Positions 1 to 14,273 are shown, counted from the first letter of the stretch. The stretch: 64,000 nt of DNA from an uncultured Chthonomonadaceae bacterium (GCA_963835065.1 CAWIEK010000039.1:1-64000); one strand, 5' to 3'. Numbers and translations are program-made. Notes: generated by a model from the sequence alone, not told the origin.

Positions 1-9
1 AAACCGGCG

Positions 10-339
10 CTATTGCCAATATAACTGACCCTCCAAATGCAGGGAACGTCCCTCTTTGGCTGCCATCAGGTAGTTTATTATCATGGCGACTGCTTCCTGT
101 ACCGTAACAGGTTTGAGAGCGTTCCTACAGCATTGCTCATCCGTTTCCATGAGAAACGGACAGGAAGCTCCTTCCACCTGTATTTCCTGCGCAACGTCCG
201 GCAGCCCAAACCACCAGAGGTTGTCATCATCGGCAGGCCAGATTTTATGCCATTGCGTGATTTTGACGGCGGGCATTTGCTGCTGCACCATCCGAATCAT
301 AGCGTCTATATCCCGCTCCTGATTTTCACTGTTCGGCAT
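10..339 (-). CDS. small hypothetical protein
   Basis: ORF with a GGAG RBS before ATG at 339 (MPNSENQ...); no recognisable motif. Confidence 0.55.
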   Translation of the reverse strand: MPNSENQERDIDAMIRMVQQQMPAVKITQWHKIWPADDDNLWWFGLPDVAQEIQVEGASCPFLMETDEQCCRNALKPVTVQEAVAMIINYLMAAKEGRSLHLEGQLYWQ

Positions 340-370
340 ATCTGACTCCAAACGCCGCGACCGAGTTAGA

Positions 371-1073
371 TTACCTGCCCAGTCCAAACTTCGACGCCGT
401 CGGCTTTTTGGTGTCTTCTGACATCAATTTTGCCGCCGTCACCCCTTGCTCGGCATCCAGCGTTATGCGGTACCAATACTTGTAGTTGTCAATCTGCTGT
501 TCGCTCAAAGCCCATTCCGTAGGCGATACCTGGCGGTGTTTTCGCTGGTCGAACCATTTCTTTTGATGAATGTCATTGAAAGCCGTCCAGATGAGATCGG
601 CATCCTCCACAGATTTTAGCTTGACGTTGTTTCGATGCAGCAGGCTGCCAAAATCTTCGTAGTTGCCATACCCGAACAGCTTTATAGCCTCGCCTTGTGG
701 CGGGACAACCAGAGTGAAATACAACCCGAAGGCAACGGGAACGGCGCTTTTCGGATCAGCGGGAACCATATCCCAGCCGATAAGGTAAAACCTGTGTCCA
801 GGGAAAAGGCGCGTTAAGGCCGGCGTTTTCAACTGCATTGGTTCGGCCATGTTCGGAGGCGCGTAGGCAGGCTTGTGGTAACTGGCTATAACGGCCTGCA
901 CTTCCGAGGCAATCAGCTTCCGGTCGAGATTATTGCGCGCAATCATGGTGACAGTGGCGGATTTTTGCCAGGGAACGCTGGGCGCAACTTTACGCTGCTT
1001 TTGGTTCCGCGCCAGCAAAGCCGATGTGCGCCAGCAAAATGGCAGCGACTATAATACCGGTCCTTGTGTTCAT
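371..1073 (-). CDS. secreted hypothetical protein, one frameshift near 995
   Basis: ATG 1073 gives signal peptide MNTRTGIIVAAILLAHIGFAGA-EP, which joins the 371..1018 ORF after a 1-nt shift. Confidence 0.55.
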
Positions 1074-1278
1074 TTGTACCTATCTTGTCTTTCCTTCCGA
1101 TTTGTCCAGAGCAGTCCGCGCCCATGTTCGCCCTGTGCATGTTTGACGCGATCCTCGGCAGGCACTGCGCCGCCTTGCAGAGTCAGCACGAGAAAAAATA
1201 CAACCATAACAAACCTTACCGCCCTGCAGGATGAGGGTTGAAGCCCCCGGCGATGCGCAAGACCAAAGGGTAGTTGTA

Positions 1279-2208
1279 TCAGGCGACCGGTGGCACGTCC
1301 TGCCTGTTCCCGGCGCGCAGCAGTTCTGCCGGAGGCACGGGCGCGCCGGACGTGGCGGCGCGGAGCAGCGTGTCCAGCGTGTGGGTGTCGGGCGCAGCCG
1401 CGCGCAGCAGCGTTTGCGGCCCGTCCAGACTGCCGACATGCGCCCGCAGCACGGGCAGACACGCCTGTGCCGCTTCCTGTATCCGCTTCCCGCGTTCATT
1501 GCGCGGCTTGCGGTTCGCCAGCCGTTCCACAAAGGGAATATCTGCCGCATCCCCCACCTGTTCGTAGGCTTTCAGCAAGGATAAAACCAACTCCTCACTC
1601 CACGTAATCCACACGCTGGCAGAGGGGCTAGGATTGAGCAACATATTCAGTTGACGCTTGTGGCGGGGCATCAGCAAATGGGCATCGGTTGCTTGCAGTT
1701 GCGGTAAAAGGGTTGCCAGCGCGGAAACACAATTTTTATCATCCTGCGTCTGATCCAGATTTCCAATTGAGTAGTCCAGCAGCGCGGGAATGGCGCTTTT
1801 ACCGCCTATTCGCGCCAGTTCGCCTGAATTGAACTGCATCGGTATGCTCATGTTGACAATAACGACAAACAAACTCACTATCCAGAGGATAAATGTACAA
1901 TTCGGTATGTCGTGCCTTCCATGATAGCCTGGTATGCAAAAAAAGAAACAGTTGAGCAGGAGCAGCCCAAGAAACACCGCATAGGAAGTCCAATTCCACT
2001 GTTTGCGGCGGCGTATTCTCTGCCGTGTTTGTGCAAGCAGTTCGGCGACAGCCTGCGTCGCCGCTGCTGTTGGCGCAGTTGCCACTTCCGATGTTCCAGC
2101 AGTAGGCGTGGCTTCCGTCTGCGGCGTATCGGCAGTTGGAATGGCAGCCGGCAGGATGGTGGGCGTGGTTTTCTCAGACGTTTCCGGTGATAGAAATTGG
2201 TTTTGCAT
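1279..2208 (-). CDS. membrane protein with two TM helices and a HEAT-like helical region
   Basis: Hydrophobic segments YAVFLGLLLLNCFFFCI and FILWIVSLFVVIVNM; motifs IGGKSAIPALL and LKAYEQVGDAADIPFVERLA. Confidence 0.65.
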   Translation of the reverse strand: MQNQFLSPETSEKTTPTILPAAIPTADTPQTEATPTAGTSEVATAPTAAATQAVAELLAQTRQRIRRRKQWNWTSYAVFLGLLLLNCFFFCIPGYHGRHDIPNCTFILWIVSLFVVIVNMSIPMQFNSGELARIGGKSAIPALLDYSIGNLDQTQDDKNCVSALATLLPQLQATDAHLLMPRHKRQLNMLLNPSPSASVWITWSEELVLSLLKAYEQVGDAADIPFVERLANRKPRNERGKRIQEAAQACLPVLRAHVGSLDGPQTLLRAAAPDTHTLDTLLRAATSGAPVPPAELLRAGNRQDVPPVA

Positions 2209-2260
2209 GGTGGCGGCGCTTTCTTCATTCGGGACGCTTGCCGGAAGGTCTTCGACGCGC

Positions 2261-3897
2261 TCACTTTTCCGGCGGCAGCAGGGCGAGAATCGCTTTCACA
2301 TCCCCGTTCTGCTCCTCCGTGCCCTGCGCGTCTTTCAGATACCTGCGCGCCTGTGTGGGATTTTCGTCCAGCGCATAGTAGATGCCGCCCAGATAGTTGA
2401 AACTGAACTTTTGATCGTCGGTGTAGCCGGACGCAAACAATTCCCGCGTCTGACGCGCCTGACTGCTGAACTCCAACATCCTCGTGTCATCCGTCGCCTT
2501 GCGCAGCAGAACGGCGCACTGCGCGAGATTGACATCCAGATTTTTTGGCTCGTTTTTGAAGGCCACGCTTATATTTTGTTCCACGTCGTCCCAATGGTTC
2601 TGCAGCTCCTCCGTCCTGGCTGCCATCAAACGCCAGCGCGCGCTTTCCCGGCGCTGGAGCGCGGCTTTGAGGACGTTCTCCGCATCGGCGTACTTTTTTT
2701 CCTGCATATAGAAAACCGCCAGATACTCCACAACGTTGGGATCATCGGGCAAAAGCGCATGGGCGCGAACAAGCGCCGCGCGCCCCTGTTCCGGCGATAA
2801 TAACATTCCCCGGAGGATACCCAGCGACAGCGCGCTTTCCCCCGCAACAGCGTGGTTCGCGGCAGAAGTCAGTTTCTCCAACCGCGCCATCAGGTCGCGT
2901 TCCGTTTTCTGGTCGGCCTCCGACAGATGCCTCATCGCGCCGCCCTTCTGAAAATCAAACCCGTCGGCTTGCGCAGCGCTTCCCCCGCCACGAGAAAATA
3001 CGCCGCCATTCCCAGAGCGAGGGGTTCTTCATGGGTGAGGCGCGCAGCCATAACAAGGTCGCGGATGCCGTCCTCATCTACCATCAGGCGCGTGGCATCG
3101 GACATGATACGGTTCTGATCCGCTTCCGAAGCCACTGTCTTTTGAAGCGCGATATTGATCAGTCGGACTCTCATTCTATATTCGAGGCGCATAACCCAGC
3201 GATTGCTGTAGCCGTGCCAGTCGTTGGGCGCGACCTCAACCGCCTTATCATAGTCCGCTTTCGCCTGTTCGAGCAGGCTCAACGCCGCGCGCAGTTTCGC
3301 TTTCGGTTGCGGCTGCTTCAGCAAAGGCATCAGGATTTTGGCAGAAGGAAGTTCGCTGACGGTCTGTGCCTGACCGCTCAGGGCGGCGTTGGAGGCGGCA
3401 AACGCGAGTTGGGCGCGCGCATCCCATACCTGCGCGTTGTTGGGCGCGTGAACGAGAGCCGCAGCCATAGCTTTATCGCGCTCTGCCTTACTCCCCGCCT
3501 CATCCAACGCAAGCGCCAGGTTTGCCCATTTCAGCCCATCGGCAGGCGCAGCCTTCACCTGCTGCCGGTACAACGCAACGCTTTGCGCGTAAGCCGCTTT
3601 CGCTTCGGCAGGCTTGTTGTTATCATTGCACAGGCTGCCGATCCGATAGTAGAGGAACGCATCTGCCGCGTTGCCATGCAGCATTTTGCGCAGCGAGTCC
3701 GGCGTAACTGTCGGGGCGTCCGGGGCAATCTGAAGCGTATAGCCGTCGAGATGACTGTACGAAAACTTGAAGGCGCTGCTCATGGGAGGCAAGCGAACAA
3801 GCCCGCGCAGTTTATCGCGCGTCTCGTCGGCGCGGGCGGGCAGATACAGAGAAAGGCACAGGGCGGCAATGGGAAGCAAATGCAGCCGTTTCAGCAT
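2261..3897 (-). CDS. secreted TPR-repeat protein, frameshift near 2955
   Basis: Signal peptide ...LPARA-D; TPR-like repeats in ORFs 2932..3897 and 2261..2935, which join through ggtttgatttt. Confidence 0.7.
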
Positions 3898-4014
3898 GAA
3901 AAATCACTCCGATTAGGAATATGCCGCAGACGGGACGGCAGGCAAGAGACGCATACGCATAGTGAATATTACGGCAATGAAAACGCCGAATCCTTTTGCA
4001 GTCAGGCCGGAAAT

Positions 4015-5598
4015 CTACTTGCCGGGAGAATAGAATATCACTGTCACATTCATTCCGGGATAGACATAGGAACGGCCAGGCAGTATCGTCAGGGTCGTGG
4101 GCGGATTTCCGGGAATAATGATCTGGCCTCCATCGGGGAATAGAATCACATCGCCGGGATTGTAATGCTTTACGGGAACCAGCGCTGTCGTGGTGGTCGG
4201 CGTTGTTTCCTGATTGTTCGCGCTTGTGGAGGTAGGCAGGGCCAGCGCGAACGTCAGGGGTTCCACCATCCCCTTACGCCGAACATGAAGCGTCAGTGTC
4301 GTGTCCGTCTGCATCCTGTCTATATCAGACAGCCACTTCTCCCCCGGTACGCCGTTCACGTCCAGCAGTTCATCTCCGACTTTTATGCCCGCCTGCGCCG
4401 CCGGATACCCGGCAAACAGCGCAAGGATGCTGAAATGATTACTCTCCCGCGTTATAAGCATCCCAAGCCGCCGCAGAGCGCGGGACGGCGTGTGGTTGAA
4501 GTCGGCATACGGAGACACATACAGCGTTTTGCCGGGAAAATCCATGAGAATGCGGCAGTTCGTCAGTACGTCCATTCCCAGTACAGGCGTGTCAAGGAGG
4601 ATTAATTCCCCTTTCGATTTGGGCGGATGCACAACCGCTATCGCCGGAAAATCAAACGCGACACTGCCCAGTGTGAGCGAACGCAGTAACATGGTGGTTC
4701 CGCTCGTCTCATTGTCTACGCCGTGTATTTTCGTGGCGATGCTGAACAGGGGATGCAGTTTCGCGCCCACCGCCTCCGATACCATGCTGCTGTCCGAACC
4801 GGTATCCAGTACCAATTCCGCCGGAATGTTGTCCAACGCCACCTTTAGCAGCCAGTACCCGTCCTCCTGCTTCGTATATAGGGGCAGCGTTTGCGGCATG
4901 CCCGGAGCCATTGGCGGGTTCGCAACCACCGTATTGTTGATCGTGACAGAACTGCCCGGCAGAATAATGCGGTTCACGCCCGGCGGGTCGTTGGGCAAAT
5001 GCAGCAGGCTGTTGAAGGAGCGGGCCAGTTCGGGAGACAGTTTGCCTCCCGGCCACCAGCCCAGCGTGTGGCTCACGAAGTCTAGGCCGAGCGCGCCTGC
5101 TTCCAGCGCATCACGGCCTAGCAGCCCGATAAGTTTGGATTGGGGATGCTCTTTGTTCCAGGCATCAATGAAGGGAAGCGGGGTGAATTCCACGCCGACC
5201 TTTTCCAGCTTCACACTGCCAATCGCCAGGCTTGCGATTTCTCCGTATTTAGATTTCGGACCGGCATCGGGATAGGGTTCCAACTTCACGCCCAGGTCTG
5301 TGGCAATGCGCGGCACAAGGCACGTATTGGCTCCCGTATCCAGAGCCACATTGCCGGCCACTTTCCCGTTGAGCCGGACGCGCAGCACGATCTTATTGCC
5401 GACCATCTCGAACGATGCTGCCCGGAAATCGGGCGGAAGGGTAATGGCCGCAGGCGGTTCGGCCTGCTTCTCCTGCGCAACCGCCTTCAGCCCACTCCCG
5501 CCAAGCAACGCCCCGGCACACGCCATCAACACGCCTACAAAGCGCAAATACTTCCAAAAGGCCACTTGTAACTCCTCCCTGCATAGCTGCGCTTCCAC
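4015..5598 (-). CDS. secreted double retropepsin-like aspartyl protease with PDZ domain (start uncertain)
   Basis: Two LDTG motifs (VALDTGAN, LVLDTGSD), GLLGRD and PVLGMD, PDZ motif PAAQAGIKVGDELLDVNG. Confidence 0.85.
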   Translation of the reverse strand: MEAQLCREELQVAFWKYLRFVGVLMACAGALLGGSGLKAVAQEKQAEPPAAITLPPDFRAASFEMVGNKIVLRVRLNGKVAGNVALDTGANTCLVPRIATDLGVKLEPYPDAGPKSKYGEIASLAIGSVKLEKVGVEFTPLPFIDAWNKEHPQSKLIGLLGRDALEAGALGLDFVSHTLGWWPGGKLSPELARSFNSLLHLPNDPPGVNRIILPGSSVTINNTVVANPPMAPGMPQTLPLYTKQEDGYWLLKVALDNIPAELVLDTGSDSSMVSEAVGAKLHPLFSIATKIHGVDNETSGTTMLLRSLTLGSVAFDFPAIAVVHPPKSKGELILLDTPVLGMDVLTNCRILMDFPGKTLYVSPYADFNHTPSRALRRLGMLITRESNHFSILALFAGYPAAQAGIKVGDELLDVNGVPGEKWLSDIDRMQTDTTLTLHVRRKGMVEPLTFALALPTSTSANNQETTPTTTTALVPVKHYNPGDVILFPDGGQIIIPGNPPTTLTILPGRSYVYPGMNVTVIFYSPGK

Positions 5599-5737
5599 GC
5601 CTACACAGAACTTAGTTGTCTTTCCACCGGGTAAAGCATAGCGCCAGTGTACTGAACCCTGTACCGAGCGGATTCCGGTTTATGACGCAAATATTCTAAT
5701 TCAGGGGTACGCGCCAGTATGATACCGCAAAAAGTTG

Positions 5738-5766
5738 TTGACAGGGGCGCGGGAATCGGGTACACT
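5738..5766 (+). promoter_or_regulatory. sigma70-type promoter of the infC operon
   Basis: TTGACA-17 bp-TACACT. Confidence 0.8.
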
Positions 5767-5855
5767 ATCTTTTGTCTGGCAGCACTACCTTTCCACGTTG
5801 GAAAGCCGCGCGTGAACAGGTCACGCCGCGTTGAGAGTTGCCGGAGGGGTGATCC

Positions 5856-6389
5856 ATCAACAAAGACTTTCGTGTGAATGAACAAATTTTGCGGATGCAA
5901 AACGGCGTCCGCGTGCGCGACGTTCGCTTGATTGACGAAGAGGGCCAGCCCCTCGGAATCTTGAACGTCCGTGATGCCCTTGCGCTGTCTGTGGAAAAGG
6001 GACTCGACTTGATTGAGGTGGCTCCCGCCGCCCAGCCGCCCGTCTGCAAGATCGGCGATTACGGCAAAATCCGGTACGAGCAGGGCAAGCGTGAGCGCGA
6101 ACAGCACAAGAAGCAGAAGCAGCAGGAAATCAAGGGCATCAAAATGCGGCCCGTGACCGCTGAACACGATTTTCAGGTGCGGCTGCGGCACACGCAAAAG
6201 TTTTTAGAAGAAGGCGACAAGGTCAAAGTCACCATTCAGTTCAAGGCGCGCGAGATTACACACCCGGAAATCGCCCGCAAACTGATGGACAAAATGGTCG
6301 AGTCGGTAGGCGACAAGGCAATCATCGAAAAGCCGCCGTCCATCGAAGGCCGCATGATGACCATGATCCTCAGCCCAAAAGCGCAGTAA
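5856..6389 (+). CDS. infC: translation initiation factor IF-3, non-canonical ATC start
   Basis: IF-3 motifs GLDLIEVAP..PPVCKIGDYGK and GDKVKVTIQF; RBS GGAGGGGT followed by in-frame ATC AAC AAA; in-frame TGA just upstream. Confidence 0.95.
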   Translation: MNKDFRVNEQILRMQNGVRVRDVRLIDEEGQPLGILNVRDALALSVEKGLDLIEVAPAAQPPVCKIGDYGKIRYEQGKREREQHKKQKQQEIKGIKMRPVTAEHDFQVRLRHTQKFLEEGDKVKVTIQFKAREITHPEIARKLMDKMVESVGDKAIIEKPPSIEGRMMTMILSPKAQ

Positions 6390-6574
6390 CGGTTTCCGAT
6401 ACGCCGGCCTGTTTGCAAGTGGGCGCGAATGTCGTTCCGAAGCCGGGTCTCATTCCCGGCTTCGTTGCTGTCACGCCATACCTGTCATTTTCGGCATTTT
6501 TAACGACAACATCATTCTTGCGCGGCAGTTTTCCAAGTATTCGTGTCGCTGCGCAGAAGGTTCTTATTCCAGCT

Positions 6575-6778
6575 ATGAAAACCAAACTGAAAACCCGCAA
6601 AACCGCGGCCAAACGGTTCACCCAATCCGGCACAGGCAAACTGATGCGCGGCAAAACCGGCCTCAACCACCTGATGCGCAAAAAAGACGGCCCCCGCCGC
6701 CGTACCCTGCTCGCCGACGGCGAACTGTACAAAGGCGACAAAAAGCGCATTTCCCGCATGTTGGGAGAAGGAATTTAG
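6575..6778 (+). CDS. rpmI: 50S ribosomal protein L35
   Basis: MKTKLKTRKTAAKRF..GTGKL..NHL; lies between infC and rplT. Confidence 0.95.
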   Translation: MKTKLKTRKTAAKRFTQSGTGKLMRGKTGLNHLMRKKDGPRRRTLLADGELYKGDKKRISRMLGEGI

Positions 6779-6905
6779 GAGGTAGACGGTAGACGGTAGA
6801 CGGTAGACGGTAGGAAGACCTATCTGATTATAGTGTTGCGCAAACCGTAAATAGAGAAGAGGGTTTTTCTACCGTCTACCGTCTACCGTCTACCGTCTAC
6901 CTCCT
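6777..6905. repeat. heptamer-arm palindrome, (GGTAGAC)4 ... (GTCTACC)4
   Basis: Perfect 37-bp inverted arms 6777-6813 and 6869-6905 with a 55-bp spacer. Confidence 0.95.
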
Positions 6906-6926
6906 TTCTCGAAAGGAGCGTCCCCT

Positions 6927-7307
6927 ATGCCGCGCGTGAAACGTGGCACGATGACCCATAAGCGCCATAAGAAGGTGCTGGAAACCGCCAAAGGCAACTG
7001 GGGCGGCAAGCGCAATCTGTTCAAGACGGCGCACGAGCAAATGCTCAAATCGGGTAACTATGCGTACCGTGACCGCCGCAACAAAAAGCGCGAGTTCCGG
7101 GCGCTGTGGATTATCCGCATCAGCGCCGCCTGCCGCGCGCAGGGCATGCAATACTGCCGCTTTATCGAAGGCATGACCAAAGCCGGCATTGAGCTTGACC
7201 GCAAAGTGCTGGCGGAAATGGCTGTCAACGATCCCGACACGTTTACGCAGCTCGTCGCGCAGGCGACGAGCGCCCTCAAAACGGCGGGAAGCCCGGTTAC
7301 AGCGTAA
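6927..7307 (+). CDS. rplT: 50S ribosomal protein L20
   Basis: MPRVKRG...YAYRDRRNKKREFRALWIIRI...LDRKVLAEMA. Confidence 0.98.
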   Translation: MPRVKRGTMTHKRHKKVLETAKGNWGGKRNLFKTAHEQMLKSGNYAYRDRRNKKREFRALWIIRISAACRAQGMQYCRFIEGMTKAGIELDRKVLAEMAVNDPDTFTQLVAQATSALKTAGSPVTA

Positions 7308-7309
7308 TC

Positions 7310-7378
7310 GGTGTTGGGTATTGGGTGTTGGGTGTTGGGGAACTTTCCTTGTTACGCCCGATACGCGATACTTAAACT
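7310..7378. repeat. heptamer-arm element, (GGTRTTG)4 with decayed right arm
   Basis: ggtgttg ggtattg ggtgttg ggtgttg directly after the rplT stop; degenerate cccgatac gcgatac downstream. Confidence 0.75.
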
Positions 7379-7398
7379 TTGGCGATTGTTATAATTCA

Positions 7399-7451
7399 AA
7401 CGCCCTTTACTTGCTCTCCCGCAACCGTTGCCTGAGCAAGTGAAGGGCGTT
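7399..7451 (+). other. 18-bp-stem hairpin in the pheS leader
   Basis: aacgccctttacttgctc / gagcaagtgaagggcgtt, just after an extended -10-like TGTTATAAT (7387-7395). Confidence 0.6.
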
Positions 7452-7466
7452 CTGACGTTTGGATAA

Positions 7467-7557
7467 TCGGTGTTCGGTATTCGGTGTTCGGTGTTCGGCA
7501 GACCCTTGTTCAACAGAGGCATTGCCCAAATACCAAATACCGAATACCGAACACCGA
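7467..7557. repeat. heptamer-arm palindrome, (CGGTRTT)4 ... (AAYACCR)4
   Basis: Arms 7467-7500 and 7523-7557, ending just before the pheS RBS. Confidence 0.9.
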
Positions 7558-7572
7558 CAGAGGAATAAGGTT

Positions 7573-8589
7573 GTGACAGATACCATTCCTACACAGAACA
7601 GCGACACATTCGGCAGCGTGGAAACGTTGGCGCAGGAAGCGCGGGACGCTTTGCGGCAGGCCACGACAACGCTGGAACTGAGCGCGATTGAAACGCGCTA
7701 TCTGGGACGCAAGGGCAGCCTGAACGAACTGCGCAAGGCCATCGGCGGCCTGCCCAAAGAAGAGCGTCCCGCGTTTGGAGCCAAAATCAACGAAGCGGTG
7801 GAAGCTCTGACGGTTCTGCTGGACGCGCGGCGCGCTGAATTGGCGGAACAGGAACTTCAAATTCGGCTTCAAAAAGAAACCATTGATGTCACGTTGCCCG
7901 GACGCCGGGGCGCGCAAGGCAGGCTGCATCCCCTCACGCAAACCGCAGGCCGCATCAAGCAAGCCCTGACAGGCATGGGCTTTGAGTTCGTGGACGGGCC
8001 GGAACTGGAAGATTACCGGTACAACTTTGCCGCGCTCAACTACCCCGAAGACCATCCGGCGATGGATGAGCAAAACTCGTTCTTCGTTACGGACTCGCGC
8101 CTGCTGCGAACCCAAACGACGGCCTTGCAGGGACGCATCATGGCGGAGCGCCGCCCGCCGTTTCGTATCGCCACATTGGGACGCTGCTTCCGCTATGAGG
8201 CGGTAGACGCCACGCATCACCACACGTTTCATCAGATAGACGTGTTCATGGTGGACGAGAAAATCTCAATGGCGGATTTGAAAGGCACGCTCGGCTCGTT
8301 CGCCCGCCAGATGTTCGGGCCGCAAACGCTGGTGCGCTTCCGTCCCGACTTTTTCCCCTTCGTGGAACCGGGGGTGGATTACTCGATTTCGTGGCGCAAC
8401 CGCTGGCTGGAACTCGGCGGCGCGGGCTTAATCCATCCCAACATCCTCCGCGCGCACGGCATCAATACGGAAAAGTACAGCGGCTTCGCGTTCGGCCTGG
8501 GCGTCGAGCGCGTCCACATGATCCAAACCGGCGTAGACGACCTGCGCCTGTATCTGGAGAATGATCTGCGATTTTTGAGACAGTTTTGA
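7573..8589 (+). CDS. pheS: phenylalanyl-tRNA synthetase alpha subunit
   Basis: GRLHPL, YNFAALNYPEDHPA, LLRTQT, FRPDFFPFVEP, GFAFGLGVER; GTG start after RBS. Confidence 0.97.
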   Translation: MTDTIPTQNSDTFGSVETLAQEARDALRQATTTLELSAIETRYLGRKGSLNELRKAIGGLPKEERPAFGAKINEAVEALTVLLDARRAELAEQELQIRLQKETIDVTLPGRRGAQGRLHPLTQTAGRIKQALTGMGFEFVDGPELEDYRYNFAALNYPEDHPAMDEQNSFFVTDSRLLRTQTTALQGRIMAERRPPFRIATLGRCFRYEAVDATHHHTFHQIDVFMVDEKISMADLKGTLGSFARQMFGPQTLVRFRPDFFPFVEPGVDYSISWRNRWLELGGAGLIHPNILRAHGINTEKYSGFAFGLGVERVHMIQTGVDDLRLYLENDLRFLRQF

Positions 8590-8591
8590 GG

Positions 8592-8717
8592 AAGTAGTCA
8601 GTAGTCAGTAGTCAGTAGTCAGTAGAAATGCCTGTTTAATCACGGCTTTGCGCTACAGGAATAGCTTACGAGAGAAGGTTTTTCTACTGATTACTGACTA
8701 CTGACTACTGACTACTT
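8592..8717. repeat. heptamer-arm palindrome, (GTAGTCA)4 ... (TGACTAC)4
   Basis: 37-bp arms 8592-8628 and 8681-8717 with one G-T mismatch; fills the pheS-pheT gap. Confidence 0.95.
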
Positions 8718-8728
8718 GAGGTTCTCCC

Positions 8729-10838
8729 ATGCGTATCCCCTTACAATGGCTGCAACAGTATGTGAACGTACAGGCGACGCCGCAGGAAGTCGGCGTGAAG
8801 CTGACGATGGGCGGGCTGGAAGTGGAAGGCATCGAAGAAGTCGGCAACGGGGCCGGTTCTGGATGTGTATGTCACGCCGAACCGGGGCGATTGCCTGTCG
8901 CTGCTTGGCGTGGCGCGGGAAGTGGCCGCGCTGTACGGCCTGCCGCTTGCGCCGCCCGTTCCGCCCAAATCGGAAAACGGCGGCGAGGTGGCGGGGCAAA
9001 CGTCCGTTACGATTGAAGACGCGGATTTGTGCCCCCGTTATGCGGCGCGGATTGTACGCGGCATCAAGATTGGGCCGTCGCCGGCATGGATGCAGGCGCG
9101 ATTGGAAGCGGCGGGGCAGCGTCCTATTAATAATGTGGTGGACGTGACCAATTACGTGATGCTGGAATTAGGGCAGCCGCTCCACGCCTTCGATTTGCAC
9201 AAGCTGGCGGGCGAACGGATTGTGGTTCGGCGGGCGCGGGACGGGGAAACCATTACAACGCTTGACGGCGAAGCGCGAATTCTTTCCAATGCGACGCTTG
9301 TGATTGCCGACGCGGAAAAGCCGGTTGCGGTTGCGGGCGTAATGGGCGGCGCGGACTCGGAAGTGGACGAGAACAGCGTGGATATTCTGATCGAATCCGC
9401 GCATTTCGACCCGCTTTCCATTCGGCGCGCGTCCCGTCTGCTGAAACTGCGCACGGAAGCCTCCTACCGTTTCGAGCGCGTCGTAGATATTGACGGCGTA
9501 CAACGCGCCGCAGACCGCGCCTGCGAACTGCTGATGGAAATGGGGCAAACGGGCGTTGTGCCCGGTATTGTGGATGTGTACCCGGAGCCGCGCCCCGTTC
9601 GCCATCTAAATCTGCGCGTGGCGCGGGCAGTGGAACTGCTCGGCATGGACATTACGACCGACGCGGCGACGGACTGCCTGACGCGGCTTGGTTTTACGAT
9701 TGGGCCGCGCATGGACAGCGACACGCTCAATGTGCAGGTTCCCTCGTTCCGCCCGGATATTACGCTGGAAGAGGATTTGATTGAGGAAGTGGGGCGTATC
9801 TACGGGTACGAGAACATTCCCGAAACCCTGCCGCGCGGCTTTACCACGCAGGGCGGAGACAGCCCGGACGGCTTGCTTATTGACCGCATCAAGCACATTC
9901 TGGCGTCTGCGGGCTTGCAGGAAGTGGTGACGCACAGCCTGACCGCGCCCGCGTTTTTCGACTCGCCCGATGACGCGCAACGCCGGGTATCGGTGCGCAA
10001 CGCATTGTCGGCGGAAGTGGGTGGCCTGCGGCGTTCCCTCCTGCCCACGCTGCTGGATGTGGCGCGGCACAACGCCGCCTTTCAGCAGGCTAACATGGCG
10101 CTGTTCGAGGTTGGGCGCGTGTGGCAGATGCAGCCGGTTCCCGCCGAAGACGGCGGTTCCGGGGAGCCGATTCCAACGGAGTACATCGCGGTGGGCGGTT
10201 TGCTCGTGGGTTCGCTGGAACCGGGCGACTGGCACAACAAAGGCAAGGGAACAAGCGCGGACTTTTATACGGCGCGCGGCATTGTGGAACGCCTGACCGC
10301 TGATTTAGGGCTGGATTCCATTTCCTTCACGCCGCTTGGCGACAAAGCCAACGCCCTGCCCTTACTGCATCCGGGACGCAGCGCCATGATTGCGCGTAAC
10401 GAAAGTCAGGTTATCGGGATTGTGGGCGAAATCCATCCCCGCGTTGCGCAGACATTGGATTTGCGCGATCACATTTACGTGTTTGAACTCAGTTACGAGG
10501 CGCTGAAGCAGGAGGGAAACGCTCCCACATCGGCCTACCATGCCCTGCCGCGCTTCCCGGCTGTTACCCGCGACCTGGCTCCGCGTTTGGCCGCCGATGT
10601 TCCGTACAAGCAGGTGGAAGCGGCCATCGCCGCCCTGACACTGCCCCTGCTCGAATCCGCGCGCCTGACGGACGTGTTTACCGGTGCGCCCGTGCCGGAA
10701 GGCCAAAAGAGCCTGACCCTGTCCTTCACCTTTCGCGCCCCGGATCGAACGCTCAACGACGCCGAAGTTACCGCCGCCCTGCTGCAACTGCGCCACGCTC
10801 TGGAAACGCAGTGCCATGCAGCCTTCGCAGGAGCCTGA
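8729..10838 (+). CDS. pheT: phenylalanyl-tRNA synthetase beta subunit, short form, +1 frameshift in GGGG 8849-8852
   Basis: [12 protein letters not shown] joins [51 protein letters not shown] and the C-terminal FDX-ACB domain. Confidence 0.95.
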
Positions 10839-10841
10839 TTC

Positions 10842-14262
<3,421 letters not shown>

Positions 14263-14273
14263 ATAAAATACTA

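Noticed and set aside
7395..7570. T-box riboswitch before pheS
   Set aside because: No GGTGGNACC T-box motif or specifier stem is visible.
7459..7572. N-terminal extensions of PheS (also PilD 37785-37874 and L35 6413-6574) in the ORF track
   Set aside because: They are translations of repeats or leaders; downstream starts give normal-length proteins.
6777..8717. Heptamer palindromes as intrinsic terminators
   Set aside because: Loops are about 20-80 nt, there are no U-tracts, and they lie between genes that are normally co-transcribed.
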